From an uncultured Planctomycetia bacterium (GTDB lineage Bacteria > Planctomycetota > UBA8108), in contig CAYMRB010000002.1 in NCBI GenBank assembly GCA_964392615.1, forward strand, positions 4,243 through 68,242: a stretch of DNA of 64,000 bases, written 5' to 3'. The position numbers and the translations under genes were made by a program. Below the pieces are notes generated by a model. It was not told where the DNA came from and did no database searches. It saw nothing but the letters and a program-made list of their open reading frames with translations. Position 1 is the first letter of the stretch. The number at the start of each line of letters is the position of its first letter. Positions 17,944 to 26,955 of this stretch are shown in pieces.

Positions 17944-20910
17944 TCAGTTCTTCATCGCGGTCAACGGCAGCGGGCGGAAGTCCGGCTCGTCGCGCCACTG
18001 GAAGTTCTTCTTGCCGAGATGCGTGCCGTAATAGGGCACGTTGGCGTCGATCCACGTGACGATGCGGATGAACTCTTCGCGTGTGACGCCCTTGCCACAG
18101 GGGGCGCTGCGAATGCGCTCGACCAGCGTGCTGCGATGCGAGCCGAAGGTCATCGGCAGCTCCGGAGGCACGTTGGCGGAGCCGTAGCCGTCGTTCAGAT
18201 AGCTGACGAGCCCCTTCTCGATGAAGTTCTCGTAGGAGCGATCGAACAACCTAGTGAGCTCGCCGGAGAGGTCGAGGTCGCCGGCGGGCTTCTCGCCGTC
18301 GTGACAGCCGACGCAGCGCTCGTCGAGAAGCGGGCGGATGTCGACCGCGTAGTGCACGGTGCGCGGCCCGATGTCGCCCGGCTGCGGCTGGAGCGTCTGC
18401 ACCGGGCCGGCCAGCGCCAGCGGCGTGGCGGACCGAGCGTCCGGCGTCCACTCGCTTCCCTCGTGACAACCGATGCAGGAGCGGGTTTCTCCCGGCATGA
18501 GGTTGACGAAGGTCCGCATGCGCTGCAGCTCCATGTAGTCGTCATCGAGTACCTGGAAGAAGAGGTTCTTCCCGGCCGGCACGGCGAAGTGGGCCGAGCC
18601 ATCCGCGTGGATCTTCGTGACGCCCCAGATCTTCTTGATGTTGACGTCGCACCGCATGCTGACGGCCGACGCCTGCAAGCCGGCGCCGTCTCCGTTCTGC
18701 GCCGAGCGCCACCCCTCGTTCCACGAGATGCCGATCGCCTCCATGACGCGCAGGTACTTCGCGCGGCCACGTTCGACGCCGGTCAGGCCGTGATACACGT
18801 CTTGCAGCAGGAGCGTCGCCAGCTTCGGAGGCTCGAGATCGTGAGACGTCGTCGACGATGGCGTCGCGGGCTCGCCCGTATACTCCAAGGGCGCGATCGC
18901 CGGCGGCTTGCGGCGTGGGCGCAGCGGGAACGGCTGGAAGCAGGAGATGTCGGGATGGCGGTAGAGCTCGGCGCGATTGCCCCACGCGTCGAGCAGGTAG
19001 AGGCCGTAGGCCTTCGGCGCGCTGCAGTGTGCTCCGCCGGGATTGTGGGCGACCAGGAAGAGCTTCTCCGACAGCGGGTAGGGCTCCTTGAAGTAGCCGA
19101 AGGTCCTGCCGCTGCGGTGGTGGCTCATTCCGGGGTAGCCGAGCTCGGGCGTCAGGTTCGTCATGGCGGACACGGTGCGAGGGTCGACCGATCGATCGAC
19201 CAATACGACCGGGCCGACCGACAGGCCGCAGTGGGGCGCAGCGACCGTGACGACCTGCTGGCTTCCCGGAATGGCTCGCGCGTCGACCATTCCCGCGGGC
19301 AGGATCAGATCGTTCTTGTACACATGAGTCGAGTGGCTGCCGTCCGGGCGCATCGCCCACAGGCTCTGGACATTGCCGAAGCCCTTGTCGACGTATTCCC
19401 AGCGCGTGTAGATCACGCGGCCGTCGTGCATCACGGAGGGGGACAGCTCGTTGACCGGCCCGGACGAGATGCAGCGCGGGTCAGCGCCGCTCTCGTCCAT
19501 CAGGTAGAGCGAGGTGACCGTCGAGCCGAAGCAGAAGACACGGCGCTTCGACCTCGTCGATGCGAACAGGATGTTGCCGTCGGGAAGATAGCAAGGATCG
19601 ACGTCCTCGAAGCGAAAGCGATCACCGTAGCTCTCGCGCAGTCGACTCTCCTCGGGGTCGTCGAAGGTCAGCTGTCGCAGATCGCTGCCATCGATTCCGA
19701 CCTCGTAGATGCGATAGCCCTCGCCCGGTGCAGCCTTGTAGGCGAAGACGACGCGTTCGCTGTCGAAGGACAGGTCGAATCGACCGAAGAGACCGCCGGC
19801 GAATTCGGGGACGATCTCCGTGACGCGACCGTCCGGTGCCACCGGCGACAGCACGCAGAGGTTGCCGCCCATCCGGCCGCTGCCGTCCCAGTGGTCGCTG
19901 TAGATGTGGCTCGACGAGTATGTCTGTCGCTTGACGAACAGCAGTCGGTCGAAGTCGAGCAGAGGATGCTCGAGCATGGCCTCGCGTCGCAGGGCGACGA
20001 GATCGTCCTCGACGCGTGTCGCCTCCTCCGGGTGGTGAGCTCGGTCGTCGCGCAGCACGGACTGCGCCAGCTCGAGCGCGTCCAGTCTCTCGAGATAGCG
20101 CGGGCCGTTCGGATACTGCGAGCCGAAGGATGCGATCATGTCCTCGATCGCCAGCCGCAGCGTCGCGACGTTGACGCTGCCGGGCGGCAGGAACGCGTTG
20201 CGGTAGATCGGCGGCACTCGGGAGATCTTCGCGTCGGGATCGGCGCGCTCCCACCCGAGCTCGTGGCGCGACCTCTCTCCCCTCCAGCTCAGCGGAAGCT
20301 TCGTCGTCGGCCCGGTCGGCTTCCAGTCCTTCGGGAAGCCGACGGGAGACTCGAAACGCAACGCGATGACGTTGGGCGGCGCGCCTCGGCGCGTGAGCTT
20401 CAGCGTGTGCTTGCCGTGCGTGATCGGGATGTCGGCGGTCTCCTCCCACTCCGCACCGCGGCGTCTCGGAGCAGGGCTGTCATCGTGCAGCTTCGGGCGA
20501 CGGAACGGGTTCGGCGGCAGATCGCCGGTCACTCGTCCGCAGTACGTGCCTGCGCTATCGTCGTCGAGCCAGATCTCGATCGGACGCCGCTCGGACGACG
20601 CATACCGGACGTGAAGCGTGTAGGTCGCGTCGACCGGAAAGTCGATGTCGTACTCGACGAACCACGGCCGGGCGGCGCGCGCGTACGAGCCTGCGACGAG
20701 CTCGGGATAGGTGTCGCGATAGTCGGCGTACAGGTCCGGGTTCGCGTAGACGTCCGCGTTGCCCCGATCGAAGGCCCACGCCGGTATCTCGAACTTGCCG
20801 GCCGCTGCGGTTTCGGCTGGCTCGGCGGTACCGCGCAGCAGCAGCGCGACGACCGCGAGCGCCAGAACCACCGATCGTCCACAGCGTCGTACGTTCGACC
20901 CGCATCTCAT
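17944..20910 (-). CDS. Secreted TolB-like beta-propeller protein with two C-terminal CxxCH motifs (HzsA-like); paralogue of 1-2789
   Basis: Signal peptide, then an N-terminal jelly-roll-like region (YTLHVRYAS...IEIWLDD). PD40-like blades follow (FDSERVVFAY, PCYLPDGNILFASTR, RWEYVDK). Then come SCIGCHEGS (nt 18463-18477) and ERCVGCHDGEKPAGDLDLSG (nt 18301-18315); the latter resembles the Planctomycete cytochrome c (PSCyt1) motif. Confidence 0.8.
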   Translation of the reverse strand: MRCGSNVRRCGRSVVLALAVVALLLRGTAEPAETAAAGKFEIPAWAFDRGNADVYANPDLYADYRDTYPELVAGSYARAARPWFVEYDIDFPVDATYTLHVRYASSERRPIEIWLDDDSAGTYCGRVTGDLPPNPFRRPKLHDDSPAPRRRGAEWEETADIPITHGKHTLKLTRRGAPPNVIALRFESPVGFPKDWKPTGPTTKLPLSWRGERSRHELGWERADPDAKISRVPPIYRNAFLPPGSVNVATLRLAIEDMIASFGSQYPNGPRYLERLDALELAQSVLRDDRAHHPEEATRVEDDLVALRREAMLEHPLLDFDRLLFVKRQTYSSSHIYSDHWDGSGRMGGNLCVLSPVAPDGRVTEIVPEFAGGLFGRFDLSFDSERVVFAYKAAPGEGYRIYEVGIDGSDLRQLTFDDPEESRLRESYGDRFRFEDVDPCYLPDGNILFASTRSKRRVFCFGSTVTSLYLMDESGADPRCISSGPVNELSPSVMHDGRVIYTRWEYVDKGFGNVQSLWAMRPDGSHSTHVYKNDLILPAGMVDARAIPGSQQVVTVAAPHCGLSVGPVVLVDRSVDPRTVSAMTNLTPELGYPGMSHHRSGRTFGYFKEPYPLSEKLFLVAHNPGGAHCSAPKAYGLYLLDAWGNRAELYRHPDISCFQPFPLRPRRKPPAIAPLEYTGEPATPSSTTSHDLEPPKLATLLLQDVYHGLTGVERGRAKYLRVMEAIGISWNEGWRSAQNGDGAGLQASAVSMRCDVNIKKIWGVTKIHADGSAHFAVPAGKNLFFQVLDDDYMELQRMRTFVNLMPGETRSCIGCHEGSEWTPDARSATPLALAGPVQTLQPQPGDIGPRTVHYAVDIRPLLDERCVGCHDGEKPAGDLDLSGELTRLFDRSYENFIEKGLVSYLNDGYGSANVPPELPMTFGSHRSTLVERIRSAPCGKGVTREEFIRIVTWIDANVPYYGTHLGKKNFQWRDEPDFRPLPLTAMKN

Positions 20911-21058
20911 CGCCTACTCTCCCGCTGCAGGGACAAGGAAACGCGCGCGATTGACACTTCTTCTCGCGCGCATTGTAGCCGTGCCGCACGAGGGAAGCCA
21001 AGTGGAAGGGCGGGCTCGTATCGTCTTCGAGCCGGTCAACACGATCCGCGAACGCGAT

Positions 21059-22981
21059 TCATCTTCGGCGCACTGACGCAGGCGAGACGTTCTGATAGAA
21101 GGTCACGACGCCAGCCTTCCCGCCGATGCCGAAGACATCCGGTCGACCATCGCTGTCGACATCTGCTACCTGAAGATCGATGCACGGATAGCCGGCGCCG
21201 CTGACGTCCGTGCGCCGCCACTGCGGTGTCGACGACGCGCCTCGGTTCTCGAGGACGATCACGCGATGGACCTGCTGGTCGCATCGGGCCGGATCGAAGT
21301 CGCAGGTCACGACGTCGAGATCGCCGTCGCCATCGATGTCGACGACCTCGAGACCGCGCGGCGCGTTGATCGCGGTAGCGACCTCGTGCCGACGCCAGAT
21401 GCCGAGCGGGTCGTCGGCCGGACACTCGAACCACGCGACCGTGTCGCCGCCGTGGCCTGCGGCGACGACGAGGTCGAGGTCGCCGTCCCCGTCGAGATCG
21501 CGCAGCTCGGTGTGCGACACGCCCTGCAGGGGCGCGACCGAGTGCCACGCCCAGTTGCCGACCGGGTCGTCCGGCGCCTCGTACCAGCCGCTCGCGAACG
21601 CGATATCGACACGGCCATCGCGATCCACGTCGCCGACGTCGAGGCCCGACTTGCCGCCGAGCGACTTCAGGGGGTGTCCCTCGTCGATGGCGCGACGCTG
21701 CCAGGTGCCGTCCGGCGCCGGGTCGAACCAGCAGACGGTGACGCGTGGGGCGTCTTCGTCGCCATCGGTGAAGGCTGCGACGAGCTCGTCGGCCTTCCCG
21801 TCACCGTCGATGTCGGCCGCGGCGAGATCGCGCAGATCGAGCGTGCTCGTGGCGATCGCATGAAACGTCCACTTCGCTTCCGACCACGGCGACTCCGGGT
21901 TTTCCCACCAGCCGAGGGCGCCGCGCTTCTTCGCGCTGATCACGTCGAGGTCGCCGTCGCCGTCCACATCGCGCAGCACCGCGGCGTCCGCGCCGATCGA
22001 TCCGCTCGCGTCGAGATTGCCGAAGCGCTTCCACTCGGCGACGCGTCGACCCTTCGTCTGGTACGCGAAGAGCACGCCGTCGCCGCCTGCGATCAGATCG
22101 GGTGTTCCGTTGCCGTCGAGATCGCCGGAGCGGATGAAACGAATGCGCGCTGCCGGCGAGAAGTCGCGATCGAAGTAGAACCGCGCCAAGCGCATCGTCG
22201 CCGCGCGCCCCGTCGTCCGCAGGTCGTAGCGTCGATACCGCCACGCGCCGTCGCCACACGCCTCTTCGACCAGCGCGGCCAGCGGCGGATCGTACTCCTT
22301 GAGCTCCTCGCGCGTGTCGACGTGGTTGTGCAGCGAGTCGTTGGTGCGATTCGTGTTGAACCAGGACTGGACGCCTTCAGCGAAGTACTCGCCGGGGGTC
22401 GTGCCGGCGTAGGTGTTCTCCCACAGGCCCTTCTCACGGGCCGCAGCGAACGTCGCCCGCAAGCGACTTCTGAAGGTCTCGTCGAGACGCCGCATCGTGC
22501 CGTCGATGCAGTGGGCGAACTCGTGAACGAGGATGCTCTCGTTCGCGTAGCGGTCGCCCGGCAGGTTGAGGAGGTTCTCCTCGCCGCAGCTCACCGGTTG
22601 GCCGCCGAAGCCGCGGGCGCGCAGATTCCAGAACAGGTTCGGCTTCATGCGGCTGTGTTCGGGAATGTCCGTGACCGCTTCGTTCGAGTGGATCACGACG
22701 AAGCGGACGCCGACCTCGCCCATCGCCTCGAGGACCTTGGGGCGCTCCTCGAGCATCTTCGCGATGAGGTGCGCGACCTCGCGCAGCGCCTCGTCCGCGA
22801 CGCGTTCCGAGCTGACGATCGAGATGCCGTGGAAATCCACGTACTTCTTGTAGAACGGGTCGACCTGGATCCGCGCCGGCGGCGCCGTGATGGGAAGCGG
22901 CCGATCGTCGCAGAGAACGACGGCGGGCAGGAGGGAGAGCGCGGGCAACACGAGGAGGACCGCAGGGGTGGTCGTTCGCAT
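21059..22981 (-). CDS. Secreted HExxH zinc-metallopeptidase-like domain fused to an FG-GAP/VCBS repeat beta-propeller
   Basis: Signal peptide MRTTTPAVLLVLPALSLLPAVVLC. HExxH in ILVHEFAHCID, with the downstream block GEYFAEGVQSWF. The C-terminal half has about 6 repeats of DxDGDGxxD(L/V) (DVDGDGDLDV, DIDGDGKADE, DVDRDGRVDI, DLDGDGDLDL, DIDGDGDLDV, DVDSDGRPDV). I trimmed the start from 23326 to 22981. Confidence 0.7.
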   Translation of the reverse strand: MRTTTPAVLLVLPALSLLPAVVLCDDRPLPITAPPARIQVDPFYKKYVDFHGISIVSSERVADEALREVAHLIAKMLEERPKVLEAMGEVGVRFVVIHSNEAVTDIPEHSRMKPNLFWNLRARGFGGQPVSCGEENLLNLPGDRYANESILVHEFAHCIDGTMRRLDETFRSRLRATFAAAREKGLWENTYAGTTPGEYFAEGVQSWFNTNRTNDSLHNHVDTREELKEYDPPLAALVEEACGDGAWRYRRYDLRTTGRAATMRLARFYFDRDFSPAARIRFIRSGDLDGNGTPDLIAGGDGVLFAYQTKGRRVAEWKRFGNLDASGSIGADAAVLRDVDGDGDLDVISAKKRGALGWWENPESPWSEAKWTFHAIATSTLDLRDLAAADIDGDGKADELVAAFTDGDEDAPRVTVCWFDPAPDGTWQRRAIDEGHPLKSLGGKSGLDVGDVDRDGRVDIAFASGWYEAPDDPVGNWAWHSVAPLQGVSHTELRDLDGDGDLDLVVAAGHGGDTVAWFECPADDPLGIWRRHEVATAINAPRGLEVVDIDGDGDLDVVTCDFDPARCDQQVHRVIVLENRGASSTPQWRRTDVSGAGYPCIDLQVADVDSDGRPDVFGIGGKAGVVTFYQNVSPASVRRR

Positions 22982-23294
22982 GGTCTCGTCTTCGCTGCGG
23001 ACAGGGTGGTAGGGAATCCGACTCTCGACGATAGCAAATCTCGTCTCGCGAGGGAGCCTGCCAGGGGCGGCGTCCGGGGGCAGCGCGAGGTCGCGGCAGA
23101 TCTCCGGCGCGGCCGAGGGGAGGAAAGGGACTGGAAAAGTCCTTTTGGTCCTGCTTCGCCCGTGGCATCTTTGTGTGCTGTCGATACGGACAAAAGATTG
23201 GCCCTCGTCGTGCATTTCCGAGTTCTGGCAACGAAGAGCCCGGCTGGAATGGCCGCCATCGCCGAATCGCCCCTCCTCAACGGGCTGGTAAGCC

Positions 23295-24401
23295 ATGGAA
23301 ATCGAATCACCTGCGGGGACGAGCATCGCCAGGGTCGCGCGGCTGATCGAGGAGGATCTGCTGCGTCGGGATCTTCTGCCGGATCAGCGGTACTTGACCG
23401 CGCAGGAAGCCGGCGAGCGCTTCGGAGTCCACCCGCGCATGGCCAGCCGCGCGATGAACGTCCTCGCGGAACGCCAGCTGTTGGTGCGCCGCCGGGGTTC
23501 CGGCACGATCGTCGGGCCCGGACTGCGCGAGTATCGCAAGTTTCGACTGCGGTGTGTGCACGTGCTGGTCTCGGAGAGTCGCTACCATCGCGGGCTGTCC
23601 GGCATGCACCTGCTGGAGGCAGTGCAGCGCGAGCTGGTGGGCCACGGCGTTCAGTTCAACGTCCTCCCGGCCGCCGACGAGGAGTCGTACGTGGCCGAGC
23701 TGCTTCGCCGGGGCACGGAGGACGGATCGTTGGCCGGACTGATCGTCATCGGGTGTGGACGCGCGACGCAGGAGCTCGTCGACGCCCGCAGGGTGCCGGC
23801 GGTCGTCTTCGGCCACGTGTATCCGATGACGCGAGACCTGCCCTCGGTGGACCTGGACCAGGAGAGTGCGGGGAGACTGCTCGCGCGCTGTGTCCTGGAG
23901 CGGGGGCACCGGCGGCTCGCGGTGATGGCGAACGACGTCTGGCTTCCCGGGGACAACCTGTTCCTTGACGGTGTGCAGGCAGAAGCTGCAGGGCGCGCGA
24001 CGGTGCTCGTGCGAGGACTGCCTCTGGAGGAGAAAGTCCTGCGAAGCGAGTTGGGCGACCTGATGTCGTCACCCGAGCCGCCGACGGCGTTCATCTGCCG
24101 CATGCCGTCGCGGGCGCGAATCGTGCTGGACGCTATTCGAGCGCGTGGCGCCGCCGTGCCGGAGGAGTTCGACGTCGTGTTCGACCATCCGCACGAGAGC
24201 GAGCAGGATACCCAGCTAAGCGACGTCCTGCAGTGCCCTCACGTCTTCTGCGAGGAGACCGAGGAGAGCCAGGCGGCGATCGTGTCGCGCATGTTGCGAG
24301 CGCTCGTCGATGGGGAGCGAATCGACAGCTCCACGATCGAGCTGCCGGTGCGCCTTGTCGTCCCGGATCACCGAACGAATCCGCCTCCGGAGAGGAGATG
24401 A
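23295..24401 (+). CDS. Transcriptional regulator: GntR-type winged-helix N-terminus fused to a LacI/PBP1-like sugar-binding domain
   Basis: wHTH segment YLTAQEAGERFGVHPRMASRAMNVLAERQLLVRRRGSGTIV, followed by a periplasmic-binding-protein-like effector domain (GLIVIGCG, VPAVVFGH, RRLAVMAN). Its stop overlaps the next start (ATGA at 24398-24401). Confidence 0.7.
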   Translation: MEIESPAGTSIARVARLIEEDLLRRDLLPDQRYLTAQEAGERFGVHPRMASRAMNVLAERQLLVRRRGSGTIVGPGLREYRKFRLRCVHVLVSESRYHRGLSGMHLLEAVQRELVGHGVQFNVLPAADEESYVAELLRRGTEDGSLAGLIVIGCGRATQELVDARRVPAVVFGHVYPMTRDLPSVDLDQESAGRLLARCVLERGHRRLAVMANDVWLPGDNLFLDGVQAEAAGRATVLVRGLPLEEKVLRSELGDLMSSPEPPTAFICRMPSRARIVLDAIRARGAAVPEEFDVVFDHPHESEQDTQLSDVLQCPHVFCEETEESQAAIVSRMLRALVDGERIDSSTIELPVRLVVPDHRTNPPPERR

Positions 24402-26953
24402 CACGCAGGACCATGCGCAGCACTTCGTTTGCAACCCTATTGTGGATCGTCGCCGCGTCGGTCGAGGCGCAGCAGCCGCGGGAATCCGCGCCGAACGTCG
24501 TTCTGCTGATGGCGGACGATCTCGGCTACGGCGATGTCGGCTTCACGGGAAACGCGATCGTCCAGACGCCACACCTCGACCGGCTCGCGGCGCGTGGCGT
24601 CCGTCTCGATCGGTTCTACTCGGCCGCGCCGGTGTGCTCTCCGACACGCGCGAGCTGCGTGACGGGGCGCCATCCGTACCGCGTCGGCATTCCGTGGGCG
24701 TTCGCAGGCGCGCTACCCGCGCGCGAGACGACGATCGGCGAGGCGCTTGGCGCGCTCGGCTACCGCACCGCGCACTTCGGAAAGTGGCACCTCGGCCTCC
24801 TGAGCCCGTCGGTGAAGCAGGGCTACGCGCCGGGCGACCCGAGTCCGCAGGCCTACGCCCCGCCTTGGGAGCACGGCTTCGCGGAGTGCTTCAGCGTGCT
24901 CAACAGCATTCCGACCTTCGATCCGTACTACATGCACTCCGGCGAGTTCGGCACCGAGGGCTATCGATTCGTCCTGGACCGTGCCATTCGCGGCGGCGAG
25001 CGCCAGGGCGGATTCGTCTGGCGCGACCGCTTCTGGACCGGACCGGGGACCTTGGTCGACGAGTGGTTGACGGGGCCTGTTCCGGACCTGCTCGTCGATC
25101 GCACGCTCGAGTTGGCGCGCGAGTCGAAGGCCGCCAACCGGCCGTTTCTCGCGTTGGTGTGGTTCTCCACGCCGCACACCCCGGTCGTCGCCGGTCCGAA
25201 GCACCGAGCGCTCTACCCGGATCGATCGATCGAGGAGCAGCACTGGTACGGCTCGATCTCGGCGATGGACGAGGCGATCGGTCGACTCGCGGCGGGGCTC
25301 GAAAAGCTCGACGTCGTGGACGACACGCTTCTATGGTTCTGCAGCGACAACGGACCGACCTGGGTCCACGAGCACGGCACGACCGGTGGTCTGCGCGCCC
25401 GCAAGGGAAGCCTCTACGAAGGTGGGATCCGCGTGCCGGCCCTCGTGCACTGGCCCGCAGGGCTCGAGGGAGGACGGAGCGTCGACGTGCCGATCGTGAC
25501 GAGCGATCTGCTGCCGACCGCCTTGGCCGCCGCCGGATCCGGTCCGCCGCGTCACGTCGAGCTCGACGGAGAGGACGTGCTGCCGATCCTCGCGGGGAAG
25601 AGAAAACAGCGCACGCGGCCGATCGGATTCCAGTCGCCTCGGCTCGAAAGCAAGGCGCGCGACACGAAGGCGTGGATGCAGATCGGCGGCCTGCAGCTGG
25701 CCTGGATCGACGGCGACGAGAAGCTCGTCAGCATGGACGGCGGGAAGAGCTGGCAGCTCTACGATCTTCGCTTCGACCGCGCCGAGCAGAACGATGTGTC
25801 CGCGGAGCGACCGGAGCGCGTGACCGCGATGCGTCAGGCTCTCGAGAGCTGGCGCCGGCGGTGCGCCACGAGCGCGCGGGGCGAGGACGCGGTTCCCGTG
25901 CTCGTCGCGCGCGAGACGGCCGTTGTCGGCGTCGAACGCTCGCCTTCGTGCTACGCGCAGTTTCGTGAGGGCTGCGTCTCCGTGACGAACGCGGGACGCC
26001 TGGTCGTCGTCGCGCAGGGGCGCGAGAAGAGCGCGTGGAGCGATCGATCGGGCCAGGACCTCGTCTGCCGCTTCAGTGACGACGGGGGCGACACGTGGGA
26101 GCCGACCGTGCTCGTGGCCGAGACGGGCGATCACTCGATCTGCCCGAACGCGACCGTCTACGATCGCGAGACCGACACGATTCACGTGCTGTACAACGTG
26201 TTTCTCTGGGACTTCCGGAAGCCCGACTCGCGGCGTCCGATGAAGGGGCGCGAGTGTCGGCAGTTCCAGGTTCGCAGCTCCGACGGGGGCGAGACGTGGT
26301 CGAAGCCTCGCGACATCACCGCGATGCTCGGCAGCGGAGGCTACACGACGGTGTTCGGATCCGGCGAGGGCATTCAGCTGCGTCGCGGATCGCACGCGGG
26401 CCGGCTCGTCGTGCCCGGCGGATTCCAGAATCGATGGGGCAACCGCTCATTCTACAGCGACGATCACGGCGTGACGTGGCGGGTCGGAGAGATCGCGCCC
26501 CGCGATCGCGTCAAGGGTCTCAACGTGCGTCTCGAGAACAAGGTCGCCGAGCTCGCGGACGGCACGCTCGTCCAGAACGTTCGACACACGCCCGAGCGCG
26601 TGCGCGCGTTCTCGAAGGACGGAGGGCAGACGTGGACGCCGCAGGAGGTCGACCGTGGCCTGCCCGCGGTCAGCTGCAACGGCAGCCTGCTGTGCGTTCA
26701 GGACGAGGCGGGGCGCGACGTACTCCTGTGCTCGGTTCCAGCCGGCCCGAGACGCACGCACGGTACGGTCTACGCGAGCACCGATGGTGGGCGCACTTGG
26801 CCGCGACGCGCGATGCTCGTCGAGAGCGAGTTCGCGTACTCGAGCCTCGTCGAGCTGCAGGACGGACGCATCGCGCTCGTCTACGAGGCGCGCAACCACC
26901 GCGATCTGTACGTCCGACGCTTCCGGCCGGACGACGTCTTTGCTGGAGAGTGA
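24398..26953 (+). CDS. Bifunctional fusion: Cys-type sulfatase (N-terminal, about nt 24488-25867) plus BNR/Asp-box sialidase-like beta-propeller (C-terminal, about nt 25898-26950)
   Basis: Signal peptide, then sulfatase blocks NVVLLMADDLGYGD and CSPTRASCVTGRHP (the C-x-P-x-R formylglycine motif), GKWHLG and SDNGP. The C-terminal half has five Asp-boxes (SDDGGDTW, SSDGGETW, SDDHGVTW, SKDGGQTW, STDGGRTW). FREG stands where GH33 enzymes have FRIP. I trimmed the start from 24233 to 24398 (RBS GGAGAGGAG). Confidence 0.8.
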   Translation: MTRRTMRSTSFATLLWIVAASVEAQQPRESAPNVVLLMADDLGYGDVGFTGNAIVQTPHLDRLAARGVRLDRFYSAAPVCSPTRASCVTGRHPYRVGIPWAFAGALPARETTIGEALGALGYRTAHFGKWHLGLLSPSVKQGYAPGDPSPQAYAPPWEHGFAECFSVLNSIPTFDPYYMHSGEFGTEGYRFVLDRAIRGGERQGGFVWRDRFWTGPGTLVDEWLTGPVPDLLVDRTLELARESKAANRPFLALVWFSTPHTPVVAGPKHRALYPDRSIEEQHWYGSISAMDEAIGRLAAGLEKLDVVDDTLLWFCSDNGPTWVHEHGTTGGLRARKGSLYEGGIRVPALVHWPAGLEGGRSVDVPIVTSDLLPTALAAAGSGPPRHVELDGEDVLPILAGKRKQRTRPIGFQSPRLESKARDTKAWMQIGGLQLAWIDGDEKLVSMDGGKSWQLYDLRFDRAEQNDVSAERPERVTAMRQALESWRRRCATSARGEDAVPVLVARETAVVGVERSPSCYAQFREGCVSVTNAGRLVVVAQGREKSAWSDRSGQDLVCRFSDDGGDTWEPTVLVAETGDHSICPNATVYDRETDTIHVLYNVFLWDFRKPDSRRPMKGRECRQFQVRSSDGGETWSKPRDITAMLGSGGYTTVFGSGEGIQLRRGSHAGRLVVPGGFQNRWGNRSFYSDDHGVTWRVGEIAPRDRVKGLNVRLENKVAELADGTLVQNVRHTPERVRAFSKDGGQTWTPQEVDRGLPAVSCNGSLLCVQDEAGRDVLLCSVPAGPRRTHGTVYASTDGGRTWPRRAMLVESEFAYSSLVELQDGRIALVYEARNHRDLYVRRFRPDDVFAGE

Positions 26954-26955
26954 CC

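Noticed and set aside
17941-21204. A 1087-aa + strand ORF. Also the 900-aa ORF 21266-23968, the 578-aa ORF 29744-31480 (-), the 512-aa ORF 39624-41162 (+), the 488-aa ORF 41395-42861 (+) and the 517-aa ORF 34240-35793 (-).
   Set aside because: All are antisense to genes with clear family signatures (beta-propeller/CxxCH, FG-GAP, sulfatase, GH33, AGE, PQQ-like). All have low-complexity Arg/Ala/Asp/Val translations.
23135-23146. A small inverted repeat AAAAGTCCTTTT (with the overlapping GGACT...AGTCC) in the 313-bp divergent region upstream of the GntR/PBP1 regulator.
   Set aside because: It is short with a 2-bp centre, has no second copy in the window and resembles no known operator class. 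It is noted only as a place to look if the regulator is footprinted.
26095-26955. Long N-terminal extensions of track ORFs. Examples are 26095 for the NanM-SSS gene, 24233 for the sulfatase-sialidase, 6661 for GH10, 44933 for the sulfatase, 58821 for nanA, 33925 for the PQQ-like gene, 12098 for the SBP and 23326 for the HExxH protein.
   Set aside because: The extensions overlap the preceding gene in another frame, are Arg/Gly/Pro-rich and precede an internal Met that begins a proper signal peptide, often with a Shine-Dalgarno-like purine run. I moved the starts to the internal Met.
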